From: a bacterium | Lineage (GTDB): Bacteria; Patescibacteriota; UBA1384; CAILIB01 | NCBI GenBank assembly: GCA_037131105.1 | Contig: JBAXRQ010000001.1 | Span: 560,589-624,588 of the forward strand | Length of the DNA stretch: 64,000 bases | Reading direction: 5' to 3' | In this document: one piece after another, positions 34,894-43,784 of the stretch | How positions within the stretch are numbered: position 1 is the stretch's first letter | Layout: each line of letters opens with the position of its first letter | Notes under the pieces: model-generated | What the model saw: the letters and a program-made list of their open reading frames with translations, nothing else | The model's database searches: none | What the model was told of the DNA's origin: nothing | Translations under genes and position numbers: made by a program

Positions 34894-35970
34894 CTAGTTG
34901 AATGGAACCTGGACAGGGTTGTCGCCAGGACCAGTTACCGGACCGCCCGGATCCCCCGGTATGGGGTAATTCGGTGGCTCGTCAGGTCCAGTGGGTTGTC
35001 CGGGATTGCCCGGTGTAGGTGGCTTACGGTGATGCCCACCCTGGTGCTGGTGCTGATTCTGAGTCTGCGACTGGCGGATGTCAATCCTGCTTGGCAGGCT
35101 GATGTATCCGCTCTGGGAGCCGGCTGTGACCGTGAAGTCATGGCCATGTGCGCGGCCGGGAGTTCCCAGCTGCACGGGTGGCGCCGGTGTCTCGCGTTCG
35201 ATCACCGTGGTGCCACCGCCGACGATGAGGAAGGTTTGACGCTCCTGCACGACGGTCTTCGGCTGATGCCAGCGCTCGACAATCTTCTCCTTGTACTTGA
35301 TCTTGGTCTTATACTTGACCTTGGTCTTGTACTTGGTGACGGTCCTTGTCTTGCACTTGCACTCGCAGGGAGGCGACGGTGTACCTTTGGAAGGCTGGCC
35401 GTTAGACTCGTTGCCGCAGTATCCGTGCCGCGACATATCGTCCCAGACATGCGTATAGTCCCACGACTTATTCCCATCTTTCCAGGTAACGACCATCGTG
35501 TAACGGTCGTAGTCCTTGACGATGTAGGGGTTAGCCGAAGTACCGTAGCCCGAGACCCACTTGCCGCCGCGAACGAAGGAGTAATTGAACTGGTCGCCCT
35601 TGTTAAGAGTGAACCACTTCTCTCCTGGACCGGGTGCGATGCCCCGCTTGGGGCCTGGAAAATCCAGGCACTCCATGCTGGTATCGACTTTGCCCGGAAC
35701 GGACAGCAGGGCGGTGTTGCGCTGACCTTCGGGCACGTTGGCTGCCCAAGCGCCGTACTTGACCGTCCACTTACGCTCGGGCATGCTGTCGACCTCGCGG
35801 ACGACGTCGTTGCTGTACCCGAGGTGGCGGTTGTAGTCTCGCTTCCACTGTGCCTCGGCCATAAGCCTTGGCATTTCGGACATCGGTGGTTGCCGAAGGT
35901 CGTTCGTCTGGGCGATTACCGGCATTGCTGCCAGCAGAAGCCCAAAAGCCATCAATATGATACGTTTCAT
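34894..35970 (-). CDS. Secreted hypothetical protein (signal peptide MKRIILMAFGLLLAAMPVIAQ; Lys-rich KYKTKVKYKTKIKYKEKI repeat; Pro/Gly-rich C-terminus)
   Basis: Start moved to the ATG preceded by AGGAGAAAAAG; 20 nt after the stop of the upstream gene. Confidence 0.55.
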   Translation of the reverse strand: MKRIILMAFGLLLAAMPVIAQTNDLRQPPMSEMPRLMAEAQWKRDYNRHLGYSNDVVREVDSMPERKWTVKYGAWAANVPEGQRNTALLSVPGKVDTSMECLDFPGPKRGIAPGPGEKWFTLNKGDQFNYSFVRGGKWVSGYGTSANPYIVKDYDRYTMVVTWKDGNKSWDYTHVWDDMSRHGYCGNESNGQPSKGTPSPPCECKCKTRTVTKYKTKVKYKTKIKYKEKIVERWHQPKTVVQERQTFLIVGGGTTVIERETPAPPVQLGTPGRAHGHDFTVTAGSQSGYISLPSRIDIRQSQTQNQHQHQGGHHRKPPTPGNPGQPTGPDEPPNYPIPGDPGGPVTGPGDNPVQVPFN

Positions 35971-35992
35971 CTTTTTCTCCTCATTCCTCTTC

Positions 35993-37042
35993 CTACTGCT
36001 TGCCCAGGAAAGAATCCTGGTTGAAGGCAATGACACCTTCGCCGTACTTCAGATCCCGAAGGGTGAAGAACAGCTCGGTTGTCACCTTCTTTCCGGTGCC
36101 CACTTCCGTAAGAACTTGCCGCTCCACCTGAAAGGTGGTTCCGGCCGGTCCGACGAAGCGGTCATGAAAGTCGACTTTTCGGCCGTCAGAATACTTGTAG
36201 TATCCGACAACTTCATAATCAACTTCGCTCAATGCCCGGAAATCGATGGTGCCGTTAACACCCGTAAGCGGGTATCCTCCACTGAACCGGTTAGCCGGTG
36301 GCGTGGTGGTTACATGCTCGACGGGCTTTTGCGGTGCCAGGGGAGCCACATATACAGGGGCGGCTGCGATTGACGGTGCCGGCGGTCCGGCAATTCCGTT
36401 CAACCGATAGTACTCCTGCCACATCCACGCGATGATGTCGTCCGCGGTGCCATCGGCAACCGGACAGTCCTCACCGATGAATGTGATCGTGGTATCGCTC
36501 CAACCCGGCGGGTGCTTTGCACTGCCACCGAATAAGCCTGCGACGGCATTGCCGGCGACCTGGCCCAGACTTCCTTCCGAAGTTATCCGCAACACCCGGC
36601 TGCTTCCGCAAGCTGGAGTAACGGTTATCTTCTCCTTAAGGTAGTCGGGCTTGTTTTTGTCCTGCCAACTGGGCTGCGCACCGTCCCATCCACGACGAAC
36701 GTGAGCTGTAGTGCGATCCCTATGCTGCATGTCAGGGGCATAGCCGAAAGGCGTGCCTATGACTTCATCGGAAAAGCTCATACCTTTCGGCAGGTTGGTC
36801 GGCACGACCAGGAACGTATTTTCGTTCATCGGTGCGTGCACTATCGACAGCTTGGTACCGACCATTCGAAAAAGGTCAGTGTTCACGCCGGCGGCAGTTT
36901 GGACGGAAGACGAGGTCGGCTTGGTGCCGCTGATGCCAAATCCACCCAATGCCCCAGGCACTCCAGCGTGAGCCGGGAGAGCGTGGGACGACATAACAAG
37001 TAACAGTACAGCCGCAATGGCTGTCTTAAATACGCATTTCAT
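35993..37042 (-). CDS. Secreted hypothetical protein (signal peptide, AHA cleavage site)
   Basis: SD AAGGAGA 8 nt upstream; N-terminal MKCVFKTAIAAVLLLVMSSHALPAHA; first gene of a 2-gene operon. Confidence 0.55.
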   Translation of the reverse strand: MKCVFKTAIAAVLLLVMSSHALPAHAGVPGALGGFGISGTKPTSSSVQTAAGVNTDLFRMVGTKLSIVHAPMNENTFLVVPTNLPKGMSFSDEVIGTPFGYAPDMQHRDRTTAHVRRGWDGAQPSWQDKNKPDYLKEKITVTPACGSSRVLRITSEGSLGQVAGNAVAGLFGGSAKHPPGWSDTTITFIGEDCPVADGTADDIIAWMWQEYYRLNGIAGPPAPSIAAAPVYVAPLAPQKPVEHVTTTPPANRFSGGYPLTGVNGTIDFRALSEVDYEVVGYYKYSDGRKVDFHDRFVGPAGTTFQVERQVLTEVGTGKKVTTELFFTLRDLKYGEGVIAFNQDSFLGKQ

Positions 37043-37156
37043 TCTAATTCTCCTTGGAATCTCATATTGTCAAAGGCGCCCCACCACAGGCATTCCTCTT
37101 AAAACTGTGGGACCTGACTACCGCTGTGCGGCACTGGCATTCGCCAGGAATGTCTC

Positions 37157-37185
37157 TTTATAGCCTAATTCTCTTATTTTGTCAA
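37157..37185 (-). promoter_or_regulatory. Sigma70 promoter TTGACA-17-TATAAA for the secreted-protein operon (37042-34894)
   Basis: Consensus hexamers with 17 nt spacing on the minus strand, ~110 nt upstream of the ATG. Confidence 0.6.
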
Positions 37186-37220
37186 TACCATAGCCTAATA
37201 TTTGTGGGTTACTTCACAGC

Positions 37221-37446
37221 AAAAAACCGGCCTTTCGGTCGGTTTTCCCTCACTCTCTTTTGTTGGGCTGATCTAGCCAGGAAAAGGGCGCGCGCGCAGA
37301 GACAGTCGGTTTATGTGGCATGTAGCCTAAGATCCCGTCTGTGTTGAGTTCTGCGAAGCAATCATCCGCAATTCCCAGCCAGGTCAGCCAAGCAAAATGT
37401 AAAAGTAAAAACAGCCCTTCTACCGTGGTCTAGCGTTGTCCTGTTC
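37221..37446 (-). ncRNA. Candidate ~225-nt small RNA (or structured 3' region of the epimerase transcript), delimited by a consensus promoter and a strong intrinsic terminator; no ORF longer than 16 codons
   Basis: TTGACA-17-TATAGT promoter at 37453-37481 (minus). Terminator aaaaccgacc-gaaa-ggccggtttttt at 37221-37250 (minus). Only 12- and 16-codon ORFs between them. Confidence 0.35.
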
Positions 37447-37452
37447 TGAAGC

Positions 37453-37481
37453 ACTATACAACACGATTATTGGCTTGTCAA
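37453..37481 (-). promoter_or_regulatory. Sigma70 promoter TTGACA-17-TATAGT inside the 3' region downstream of the epimerase gene
   Basis: Perfect -35, near-perfect -10, 17 nt spacing. Confidence 0.55.
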
Positions 37482-37525
37482 GCCCCTTTCATACTTCTGC
37501 ATATATCTGCCCCCGACATCCATGT

Positions 37526-38467
37526 TCAGGACCGATACTGTCGATACCATTCAACAGTCTGTCGTACTCCCTCGGTAAAGTCGACCTGAGGGCTCCAATC
37601 CAGGTTAGAAGCCGCTTTCTCCACTGAAAGGCTCACTGCCATCAACTCACCAGGTCGAAGCGGCTCATATCGTGCCTCTAGGACATACCCTGTTGCCCCG
37701 CTAAGGGTGCGAAATACCTCGTTGGTAGAAGTGCCACGGCCGGTTCCAATATTAAAGGCCTCCCCGTCTCCCTCTCTCAGGGCAGCCGTATTAGCAGCTG
37801 CTACGTCACTGACGAATATATAGTCCCTGAGGGGAGTACCGTCACCAAACACTGTAACCGGCTGACTGTGCAGCATGCGCTCGGTAAAAATAGCGCAAAC
37901 GCCTACCTCACCATGCGGGTCTTGACGAGGACCATAGACATTGCCATATCGCAAAACAGTAGCCCTAAGCCCATATATGTCAGCATACAACCAAACATAA
38001 CGCTCTGCTGTGTATTTAGAAAGACCGTAAGGTGAAGTAGGTGAGGCCGGAGTGTCCTCAAGGGTGGGAAGAGTCTCGGCGACGCCGTACATAGTGCCAC
38101 CGCTCGCCGAATAGATGACCTTGGACTGAGGCGACTCAGTACGAACTGCTTCCAGGATATTTACCGTACCCAGCACATTCAGTGTCAGGTCATCGAGAGG
38201 TCGCATGGAGGATATAGCTACTGAGACTTGGGCGGCATGATGGCTGACCACATCGGGCCGAACCTGAGTCATCACCGACTTGAGAAAGTCTAGGTCACGT
38301 ATGTCTCCTTCTCGAACTGTCAGGCCGACTCGTCCCTCGTTTCCCAGGTTCTCCCGCTTTCCGGTAGAAAAGTCATCGATTACCGTCACCTCATGACCAG
38401 CTTTCAGATAAGCATCCACCACATGTGAACCAATAAATCCAGCTCCTCCAGTAACTACGATCTTCAT
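37526..38467 (-). CDS. NAD-dependent epimerase/dehydratase (UDP-sugar 4-epimerase/decarboxylase family); start set at MKIVVTGGAGFIGSH
   Basis: Rossmann GGAGFIGS and YSASKY-type catalytic motif (YGLSKY). Confidence 0.8.
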   Translation of the reverse strand: MKIVVTGGAGFIGSHVVDAYLKAGHEVTVIDDFSTGKRENLGNEGRVGLTVREGDIRDLDFLKSVMTQVRPDVVSHHAAQVSVAISSMRPLDDLTLNVLGTVNILEAVRTESPQSKVIYSASGGTMYGVAETLPTLEDTPASPTSPYGLSKYTAERYVWLYADIYGLRATVLRYGNVYGPRQDPHGEVGVCAIFTERMLHSQPVTVFGDGTPLRDYIFVSDVAAANTAALREGDGEAFNIGTGRGTSTNEVFRTLSGATGYVLEARYEPLRPGELMAVSLSVEKAASNLDWSPQVDFTEGVRQTVEWYRQYRS

Positions 38468-38477
38468 ATAGTGTAAG

Positions 38478-39872
38478 TTAGAGTGGGTAGACCTGGCCGA
38501 CACCCTCACTGTCGCGCACGGCATAGCCGGCTTTTTCAATCTCAAGGCGAAGCTGGTCGGCTACCTCCCACTCTCTAGCTGTCCGAGCCACATCCCGCTG
38601 TTGGGCTAACTCCCTGACGTTCTCTGGTACAGTCATGCTGGGCGCTTCATACGTACCACCCAGGCCCAGGGACAGAATCGGCTCAAACGACTCAACCACC
38701 ATCCTCTTCCCAGCAGGTTCAAGGTCGGACTGAAATGCTTCCCAGATCACCGCCATAAGCTGTGAGGTGTTAAGGTCGTCGGCAAGGGCGGCACTCCCAC
38801 GCTCAATCAGACTCTCCACATCTGGGCCGGTAGCGCCTTTTTCAGGAAGATCTGCCGTTAGCCGTCTCAGACGTTCTAAACTCTTCTGGGCAGCCTCAAT
38901 AGCCTCCCAGGTGAAGTTAAGCTTGCTTCGATAGCCGGCCGAATAAGTGAAGATACGAAAAGCCAACGGGTCTATCTTTCTTTCTACCAGATCAGCAACG
39001 GTGTAAAAGTTTCCCAGTGACTTACTCATCTTGCCACCGTCAACTAGGAGAAAGTCAGTATGTAGCCATTCCTTGGCCAATGGCTTTCCAGTAAGCGACT
39101 CGCTCTGAGCAATCTCATTGACGTGGTGGACCGGTATATGGTCGGTGCCGCCGCAATGAATGTCGATCTCATCCCCCAGTTGGTCGCGGATAATGGCCGA
39201 GCATTCGATATGCCAACCTGGAAATCCGGTGCCCCAAGGACTCTCCCACTCCATATCGCGTTTTCCGGGCGGCCTTGAGAACTTCCACAGAGCAAAGTCA
39301 GTCACTCTTCGTTTTCCCTCTGCCATCTCGACTCGGGCTCCTGCTTGCAAGCCTTCTAGATCAAGCCTGGCAAGTCGGCCATAATCAGAGACCTTTGAGC
39401 TATCAAAGTAGACACCGTCCTCAATAGTATAGGTGAGCCCTTTCTCTTCCAGCCCCTTGATAAAGGCGACCTGCTGAGTAATGGTGTCAGTGGCTCTGAT
39501 CAGGCGAGTGGGACGCTCTATATGTAGCTGGTCAAGGTCGGCTAGAAAAATTCCCTCATAGCGTTTGGCCACGTCCCAGGCAGTAAGTCCTTCGCGACGT
39601 GCCCCGACCTCCATCTTGTCCTCCCCTTCGTCCTCATCTGAAGTAAGATGCCCCACGTCAGTGATGTTCATCACCCGATCAACCTCGTAGCCAAAAAAGC
39701 GCAAGGTCTTTACCAATACGTCCTCATAGATATAGGTCCGGTAATTTCCAACGTGTTGGTTATTGTACACCGTCGGTCCACAGGTGTAGATGGCGACCCG
39801 ATCTCCAGTAAGTGGTACGAGCGGCTCCACCGAGCGACTCATCGTGTTATAGAGAGAGATAGGCCGCGCCAT
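38478..39872 (-). CDS. cysS: Cysteinyl-tRNA synthetase; HIGH motif reads HVGN, KMSKS intact
   Basis: CGPTVYN..HVGN..., zinc-ligand positions, KMSKSLGN; 464 aa. Confidence 0.9.
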   Translation of the reverse strand: MARPISLYNTMSRSVEPLVPLTGDRVAIYTCGPTVYNNQHVGNYRTYIYEDVLVKTLRFFGYEVDRVMNITDVGHLTSDEDEGEDKMEVGARREGLTAWDVAKRYEGIFLADLDQLHIERPTRLIRATDTITQQVAFIKGLEEKGLTYTIEDGVYFDSSKVSDYGRLARLDLEGLQAGARVEMAEGKRRVTDFALWKFSRPPGKRDMEWESPWGTGFPGWHIECSAIIRDQLGDEIDIHCGGTDHIPVHHVNEIAQSESLTGKPLAKEWLHTDFLLVDGGKMSKSLGNFYTVADLVERKIDPLAFRIFTYSAGYRSKLNFTWEAIEAAQKSLERLRRLTADLPEKGATGPDVESLIERGSAALADDLNTSQLMAVIWEAFQSDLEPAGKRMVVESFEPILSLGLGGTYEAPSMTVPENVRELAQQRDVARTAREWEVADQLRLEIEKAGYAVRDSEGVGQVYPL

Positions 39873-39874
39873 AT

Positions 39875-40141
39875 CTAAATACTACCTGGGTCGAACAGAT
39901 CGTCAGGCTCCAGGTCCTTCTCAATGAGTTGACTGGGCAACATCTTCACCTTGGCTGGCTCTTCCTCAATGATCACCTTCTTTATCTCGCGCTCGATCTC
40001 AGGATCAAGCTCAGGCGTGGCCGGAGTATGGGAAGACTCATCATGCTCCTCGGCGGGGCCCGTCTCCTCAGGGTCTACGTCCAGGGGCATGATCTGCTCA
40101 TCCAGCTGCTCGTCATGCTCGTCGTTCGCTACATCACTCAT
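39875..40141 (-). CDS. Hypothetical small highly acidic protein (88 aa)
   Basis: ORF between recR and cysS with D/E-rich composition; no motif. Confidence 0.4.
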   Translation of the reverse strand: MSDVANDEHDEQLDEQIMPLDVDPEETGPAEEHDESSHTPATPELDPEIEREIKKVIIEEEPAKVKMLPSQLIEKDLEPDDLFDPGSI

Positions 40142-40162
40142 ATGCGGTATATCAGGAAAGGC

Positions 40163-40801
40163 TTATAAAGTTGGCCCCATGCTTTTTCGTCCCTCCATCG
40201 CCCTCTGAAGAGTAGTAGGATCTGCGTACTCCAAATCACTTCCCATAGGCAGCCCGCGGGCGATGCGGGTTACTACTACTGTTCCATCTTCGACGAGCGA
40301 CTGCAAGAGCTGACCGATATACATTGATGTGGCCTCCCCTTCCAAAGAAGGATTCGTGGCAAGGATTACCTCGAGTTTGTGTCCCTCGGATACAGCTAAG
40401 CGTATACGCGTCTCAAGAAGCCCCACCCTTAGCTGGTCAGGACCGATGCCGTCGATAGGTGAAAGCGCTCCACCGAGGACATGGTAGAGGCCATGGAAAC
40501 TACCGGTTCTCTCAAGAGCGATTACATCCAAGGGACCCTCCACTACACAAATGAGGTCAGGGTTGCGCTGACCGTCCTGGCAGACGCTACAGAGATCATG
40601 CTCGGAGATATTTCCACACTGCTTGCAGTCCTGCAGACCGTGCCGAATCCCGTCTAGGGCATCAACGAAGCGTGCCACATCATAGTCCGACTTCTGCAGA
40701 AGATGAAAGGTGAGGCGTGAGGCCATCTTTGATCCTATCCCTGGCAACCGGCCGAAGGTATCGATCAGATTCTGGACTGAAGTCGGGAGCTTTGCGGACA
40801 T
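40163..40801 (-). CDS. recR: Recombination protein RecR
   Basis: HhH motif (LPGIGSKMASRL), C4 zinc finger (CKQCGNISEHDLCSVC), Toprim domain. Confidence 0.9.
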   Translation of the reverse strand: MSAKLPTSVQNLIDTFGRLPGIGSKMASRLTFHLLQKSDYDVARFVDALDGIRHGLQDCKQCGNISEHDLCSVCQDGQRNPDLICVVEGPLDVIALERTGSFHGLYHVLGGALSPIDGIGPDQLRVGLLETRIRLAVSEGHKLEVILATNPSLEGEATSMYIGQLLQSLVEDGTVVVTRIARGLPMGSDLEYADPTTLQRAMEGRKSMGPTL

Positions 40802-40834
40802 GAAAATAGTATACTAGAGCCCATCTCGTAATTA

Positions 40835-42892
40835 CTAGGCTTCCTCAGCGGCAGCTACCGGCGGCGGAAGTTCGGCAAAAGCAGCGAGGGACTGCTCCTT
40901 GAAGGGAAGGACGGTGCCCTCAGCCTCAAGATCCTCAATCTTCTTAGGTAGCTGTTCTTTCTTCCAGACTGCTACCTTGCAATCAGGGTACCCACTACAA
41001 CCGTAGAACATACCACGACGAGCCCGCTTCTCAGTCAGAGCCTTACCACAAAGGGGGCAGATAAGTCCGCTTGGCTCGGCTACACTCAGTGGCAGTGTGG
41101 TCTTGCAGTCTGGAAATTTGGTACAGGCCAGGAACTTACCGAAGCGTCCACGCTTTACTAGCATCTCCGATCCACAAGTAGGACACACCACATCGCTCTT
41201 TTCGGTGGTGTCGACCTTCTCAATCTTGTCCACTTCGGTCTCCACCTGGGCATGGAAAGGTTTCCAGAATTCGGAAAGCACATCGGCATAAGCAGCTTCG
41301 CCGTCAGCAACACTATCAAGCTTCTCTTCCATGCTGGCCGTAAAGGTGACATCCACAATGTCAGGGAAGTGCTTTACCAGCATATCAGTGACCAGGAAAC
41401 CAACTTCCTGTGGTGCCAGGCGACGCTGCTCTGAAAGCACATATCCGCGTTGCATAAGGGTGTCGATAGTGGGGGCGTACGTGGAAGGCCGGCCAATCCC
41501 CTGCTCTTCCAGGGCCTTGATGAGAGATGCTTCCGTATAACGTGGAGGCGGCTCAGTGAAATGCTGTTCAGGCTGCAGTTCCTTTAGATCGACAGCTTGT
41601 CCAGGAGTAAGGGCTGGCAAGATATTTTCATCTTTGTCATCTTTCTCCATTACCGCCATAAATCCGGGAAAGACAATACGCTGACCAGTGGCTCGGAATA
41701 CCGCCTTGCCTGCTTCGATAATCGCCACCGTCTGCTCAAGCTCAGCATCAGTCATCTGACTGGCTAAGGCGCGGCGACGAATCAGGTCATACACCTTCTG
41801 GGTTGCCGGCTCCCCTCCGATATCAGCACCGGTGCGAGTAGGATCGGTAGGACGGATGGCTTCGTGGGCCTCCTGGGCGTTCTTGGACTTCGCCTGGTAT
41901 GTATTAGGCTTGACAGGAAGATATTTGGCACCATACTCATCCTTTATATGGCCCCGTATAGCCTCCAGAGCCGTCTCTGAAAGTGCTACCGAGTCAGTAC
42001 GCATATAGGTGATGTCACCCGCCTCGTAGAGGCGCTGGGCAATCTGCATCACCCGCTTGGCGGAAAGGCCAAGCTTGTTTACCCCATCCTGCTGGAAGCT
42101 GGAGGTAGTATAGGGAGCAGCGGGCTTGCGCTTGGTCGGCTTGCTTTCAACTGAGACTACTGTATAGGTAGCCTTTTCCAAGGACTTCACTATGGTGTCC
42201 ACTTCAGCAGCAGCAGACAAGGTCATCTTCTCAATCTTCTTGCCATCATATACAGAAAGGCCGGCAGTAAACTCAGCCTTCTGTTTAGGCTCATTGAGCA
42301 AAGCCTTTAAGCTCCAATACTCTTCAGGCTTAAAAGCCAGGCGCTCTCGCTCACGATCCACGATGATACGGAGGGCAACAGACTGCACGCGTCCAGCAGA
42401 AAGACCCTTATAGAGCTTCTTCCAAAGCACGGGTGAGAGCGTATACCCAACCAGGCGATCCAGAACGCGCCGGGCCTGCTGGGCGTCAATAAGCTGGAGA
42501 TTCAAAACGCCCGGATGCTCTATGGCCTTCAGAATGGCAGGCTTAGTGATCTCATCAAAGGTGATGCGGGAAACCTTTATGTCCTGCTTCTCCAGGTCAA
42601 GAGCCTGACTGATATGCCATGCAATTGCCTCACCTTCGCGGTCCAAGTCTGTCGCCAGAAAAACGCTCGTCTTACCCTTAAGAGCTTCTTTCAACGCCTT
42701 AAGCGTCTTGCGTGCCTTGGGGGGAATGACATAGCTAGGCACGAAGTTGTCCTCAACATCTACTCCCAGCTTGGAAGCAGGTAGATCGCGAACATGACCC
42801 ATGCTGGCAACGACCTTGTAGTCGGAGCCAAGGTATTTCTCAATTGTACCCGCTTTGGCGGGAGACTCGACGATTACAAGATGCTTTGCCAT
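40835..42892 (-). CDS. topA: DNA topoisomerase I with C-terminal zinc ribbons
   Basis: Toprim (IVESPAKA), catalytic Tyr region (TYMRTDS), C-terminal CPTCG/CPLCG zinc fingers. Confidence 0.9.
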   Translation of the reverse strand: MAKHLVIVESPAKAGTIEKYLGSDYKVVASMGHVRDLPASKLGVDVEDNFVPSYVIPPKARKTLKALKEALKGKTSVFLATDLDREGEAIAWHISQALDLEKQDIKVSRITFDEITKPAILKAIEHPGVLNLQLIDAQQARRVLDRLVGYTLSPVLWKKLYKGLSAGRVQSVALRIIVDRERERLAFKPEEYWSLKALLNEPKQKAEFTAGLSVYDGKKIEKMTLSAAAEVDTIVKSLEKATYTVVSVESKPTKRKPAAPYTTSSFQQDGVNKLGLSAKRVMQIAQRLYEAGDITYMRTDSVALSETALEAIRGHIKDEYGAKYLPVKPNTYQAKSKNAQEAHEAIRPTDPTRTGADIGGEPATQKVYDLIRRRALASQMTDAELEQTVAIIEAGKAVFRATGQRIVFPGFMAVMEKDDKDENILPALTPGQAVDLKELQPEQHFTEPPPRYTEASLIKALEEQGIGRPSTYAPTIDTLMQRGYVLSEQRRLAPQEVGFLVTDMLVKHFPDIVDVTFTASMEEKLDSVADGEAAYADVLSEFWKPFHAQVETEVDKIEKVDTTEKSDVVCPTCGSEMLVKRGRFGKFLACTKFPDCKTTLPLSVAEPSGLICPLCGKALTEKRARRGMFYGCSGYPDCKVAVWKKEQLPKKIEDLEAEGTVLPFKEQSLAAFAELPPPVAAAEEA

Positions 42893-43743
42893 TGGGTGCC
42901 GTTACAGTAGATATATCCGTCCAGTTCCAATACGGAAAGGACGCTGCGCAGTTCGGAGATACTGAGTCCGCTGCGCGCGGAGAGCAGGTTGGCTTCGTTA
43001 CAGCCATGCGAGATCAAATCATACAGAGTTGCAGGCGTACCTGTCAAGGCTGGCTGGAGTCGCAACGGTGTAACCGTGGGCAGTGCCTTGGTATAAAGCT
43101 CCAGAATGTCCTCAACCGATCCTACCGGATGGGCTCCCTGCTTCAATAGACTGAGAATTCCCCGGCTTTGCTCCCGGGTGACATCTCCAGGAACTACACA
43201 GACCTCTCGTCCCGCCTCAAGGGCAAACCGGGCGGTAATGAGGGTGCCCGATTGTTCGCCCGCCTCTATTATAAGGGTCACGGGGCTTAGTGCCGCAACT
43301 ATCCGATTTCGAGCCGGAAAATGATAGCTCTGGGGACCGGTTCCCAGCGGGTATTCACTGAAAGCGCAGCCGCCTGACTCCAGGATCTTACCATACAAGC
43401 CGACATTGCGCTGAGGATACGGTCGGTCAAGGCCGCTCCCCAGTACTACCACACACTTCCCCTCGTTCTGAAGAGCCACCGAATGGGCGTACCCGTCCAC
43501 ACCATATGCCAGGCCAGAGACAATGACCAGCCCGCTACGCACGAGCCCTGGGACCAACTGACGCACCATCCGCTCCCCATAGTCACTCACCCGTCGACTA
43601 CCGATGATACTTATCGAAGGCAGTTCGCATAGTGTAACTTCGCCAGATGCGTAGAGGAGCTTAGGATGCCCCTTGCTTTCCCGTAACAGCACCGGATATC
43701 TCTCGTTTTCAGAGTTAAGGGTATATACGGGGGGATAGAGCAT
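42874..43743 (-). CDS. dprA: DNA processing protein DprA (Smf)
   Basis: Rossmann-like DprA core (IIGSRRVSDYG...VSGLAYGVD), 289 aa; overlaps the topA start. Confidence 0.85.
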   Translation of the reverse strand: MLYPPVYTLNSENERYPVLLRESKGHPKLLYASGEVTLCELPSISIIGSRRVSDYGERMVRQLVPGLVRSGLVIVSGLAYGVDGYAHSVALQNEGKCVVVLGSGLDRPYPQRNVGLYGKILESGGCAFSEYPLGTGPQSYHFPARNRIVAALSPVTLIIEAGEQSGTLITARFALEAGREVCVVPGDVTREQSRGILSLLKQGAHPVGSVEDILELYTKALPTVTPLRLQPALTGTPATLYDLISHGCNEANLLSARSGLSISELRSVLSVLELDGYIYCNGTQWQSIL

Positions 43744-43784
43744 ATATCCGGTATATCCCCTGCCACTCCCATGGGCAACCTAGT

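Noticed and set aside
37043-37525. RNase P RNA or tmRNA in the 483-bp non-coding stretch
   Set aside because: It is too short for either RNA. There is no conserved P4 / ACAGAAnCCGGCUUA / tRNA-like 3' end motif.
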